From Rhizophagus irregularis (taxonomy: Eukaryota): 64,000 nucleotides of DNA. Below are positions 61,376 through 64,000 of this stretch, piece by piece. The position numbers were made by a program, and so were the translations under genes. How positions within the stretch are numbered: position 1 is the first letter of the stretch; each line of letters begins with the position of its first letter. The stretch lies in the NCBI RefSeq assembly GCF_026210795.1, contig NC_089431.1, positions 4,650,001 to 4,714,000 of the forward strand. The letters run 5' to 3'. The notes beneath the pieces were generated by a model that worked only from the letters and a program-made list of their open reading frames with translations, made no database searches and had not been told where the DNA came from.

Positions 61376-64000
61376 ATGGCTCAAAGTAATGATAAAGGTA
61401 AAAGCATATAATATGAATATAGATATCTAATACAAATTGAAATTGCTCTAAAATTTTTTTCAAACCAAATTTGTAATATAATGAAACTAGTTTCAAAAAT
61501 TGAGAAAGATAAAGGTAAGAAAATTATTAACAGCTTGTAAATTATAAAAATATAATTTAAATTTTTTAAACTATTTCTAAAAATTATTTTACTATATTAG
61601 CTCGTAAGTAATAGGTTATCCTATAATCGGAATGATAATTAAATTACTTCTTTTATTTTATATAACCAAATAATTTATTTTAATATTACTAATATTATTA
61701 TAGTTGGTAGTTATTAGCTATTTTTTTTATTGTATTTTACATGATATTTTAAATAACTAAATTTTCTATTAATATAATTGTTTAATAATTATTAATATTA
61801 TAGAAAGTAAGTATTTAATTTTATATTAATTTAAAAGTATTAAATATAATTTAAATTAATAATATTATTTATTTAAATAATTAGATTGTAAGTTACTGTA
61901 TATACTTAATAATTATAATATTTTTTCTAATTGATTATAATTACTTTACTTTATAATTATTATTAATTAATAATGCTACAGGGTGTAAGTTATTTATTTA
62001 ATCTATTATATTTATACATATAATTTAACTAAATTCTTTATTTAAAAAATTATTTTATATTTCTTTTAGTTGGTAAGTTATAAGTTATTTATTTAATTCT
62101 ATTATATTTATATGATGTTTACGTATAATTTAAACTAACTAAATTCTTTATCTAAAAAATTATTTATTTAATAATATAGCGAGTATGTTATTTTTATATT
62201 TATATAATATTTACGTAAATTTAAACTAACAAATTCTTAACTTAAAAAAATATTCAAATATTTTAGATCGTAAGTAATTTATTATATTATATAATATTTA
62301 CATATAATTTAAACTAACTAAATTCTTTATTTAAATTATTTTGTAATTTCTTTTAGTTAGTAAGTTATAAGTTATTTATTTAATTCTATTATATTTATAT
62401 AATGTATACATATATTTTAAACTAACCAAATTCTTTATTTAAAAAATTATTTATTTAATAATATAGCTAGTATGTCATTTATTTAATTCTATTATATTTA
62501 TATAATATTTACATATAATTTAAACTAACTAAATTCTTTATTTAAAAATTATTCAAATATTTTAGATCGTAAGTGATTTATTATCATATTTATAATATTT
62601 ACATAACATATAATTTAAACTAACTAAATTCTATATCAAATATTTTAGATTGTAGGTAATTTATTATATTTATATAATATTACATATAATTTAAACTAAC
62701 TAAATTCTATATATAAAATTAAATATTTTAGATTGTAAGTAATTTATTATATTTATATAATAGCTTCACATAATTTAAACTACTAATTAAATTCTTTATT
62801 TAAAAAATTATTCAAATATATTAGCTTGTAAGTAATTTATTAGTATATTTATATAATATTTACATATAATTTAAACTGATTAAATTTTTTATTTAAAATA
62901 TTATTCAAATGTTTTATATTGTAAGTAATTTATTATTATATTTATATAATATTTAAATATAATTTAGACTAACTAAATTCTTTATTTAAAAAATTATTTT
63001 GTAATTTCTTTAGTTGGTAAGATATAAGTTATTTATTTAATTCTATTATATCTATATAATATTTACATATAATTTAAACTAACTAAATTCTTTATTTAAA
63101 AAATTATTTATTTAATAATATAGGCAGTATGTTATTTATTTAATTCTATTATATTTGTATTATGTTTACATATAATTTAAACTAACTAAATTCTTTATTT
63201 AAAAAATTATTTATTTAATAATATAGGCAGTATGTCGTTTTTAATTCTATTATATTTATATAATATTTACATATAATATAAACTAACTAAATTCTTTTAT
63301 TTAAAAAATTATTTATTTAATAATATAGGGAGTATGTTATTTATTTAATTCTATTAATATATTTATATAATTATTATAATATTTACATATAATTTAAAAA
63401 TTCATTACAATATTTTAGATTGTAAGTAATTTATTATATTTATATAATATTTAAATATAATTTAAACTAACTAAATTCTTTATTTAAAAAATTATTCAAA
63501 TATTTTAGACTGTAAGTGATTTATTATATTTATATAATGTTTACATATAATTTAAACTAACTAATTCTTTATTTAAAAATTATTCAAATATTTTAGATTG
63601 TAAGTAATTTATTACATTTATATAAAATTTACATATAATTTAAACTAATTAAATTCCTTATTTAAAAAATTATTCAAATATTTTAGATTGTAAGTAATTT
63701 ATTATTTATATAATATTTACATATAATTTAAACTAACTAAATTCCTTATTTAAAAAATTATTTTGTAATTAGTTGGTAAGATATAAGTTATTTATTTAAT
63801 TCTATTATATTTATATAATGTTTACATATAATTTAAACTAACTAAATTCTTTATTTAAAAATTATTCAAATATTTTAGATTGTAAGTAATTTATTATATT
63901 TATATAATATTTACATATAATTTAAACTAACTAAATTCTTTATTTAAAAAATTATTTTGTAATTTCCTTTAGTTGGTAAGTCATGAGTTATTTATTTAAA
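61376..64000 (+). other. Putative gene or spliced transcript made of consecutive 3-nt micro-exons (runs off window)
   Basis: 27 AG|NNN|GT(A) units from 61534 to 63975, spaced about 65-110 bp apart, most preceded by an (A)CTAAY branch-point motif. Confidence 0.6.
61985..64000 (+). repeat. AT-rich tandem array of about 80-110-bp units (each unit = intron + triplet)
   Basis: Recurrent tttacatataatttaaactaactaaattctttatttaaaaaattatt core with three unit subtypes. Confidence 0.92.

Noticed and set aside
1..64000. tRNA, rRNA or telomeric repeats
   Set aside because: No cloverleaf, rRNA-like or TTAGGG arrays recognised by eye. A tRNAscan-SE/Infernal run would be needed to exclude them.

Overview
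Very AT-rich, intron-containing fungal DNA. The gene families (expanded TKL kinase/Sel1, BTB-BACK-TLDc, long Sel1-repeat protein) point to an arbuscular mycorrhizal fungus such as Rhizophagus; this is inference, not a database hit. 1-22.8 kb: six TKL kinase or pseudokinase genes, kinase relics and three short MITEs. 24.6 kb: a Tc1/pogo-type MITE. 26.7-40.9 kb: a three-layer nest. A tandem-exon gene is split by an 11.8-kb Ginger2-like DNA transposon (about 1.27-kb TIRs, TATA TSD). Its KRBA2/SCAND3-like transposase is in turn split by a very young 7.0-kb Ty3/Gypsy-type LTR element (ACGT TSD) that lacks PR/RT but carries a thymidylate/deoxynucleoside-kinase-like domain and a separate integrase ORF. 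42-59 kb: five BTB-BACK-TLDc genes, one BTB pseudogene and a 1234-aa Sel1 protein. 59.3-60.8 kb: a decayed gene. 61.4-64 kb: an apparent satellite that resolves into about 27 consecutive AG|NNN|GT units, i.e. a putative chain of single-codon (3-nt) micro-exons. This is the most unusual signal in the window.
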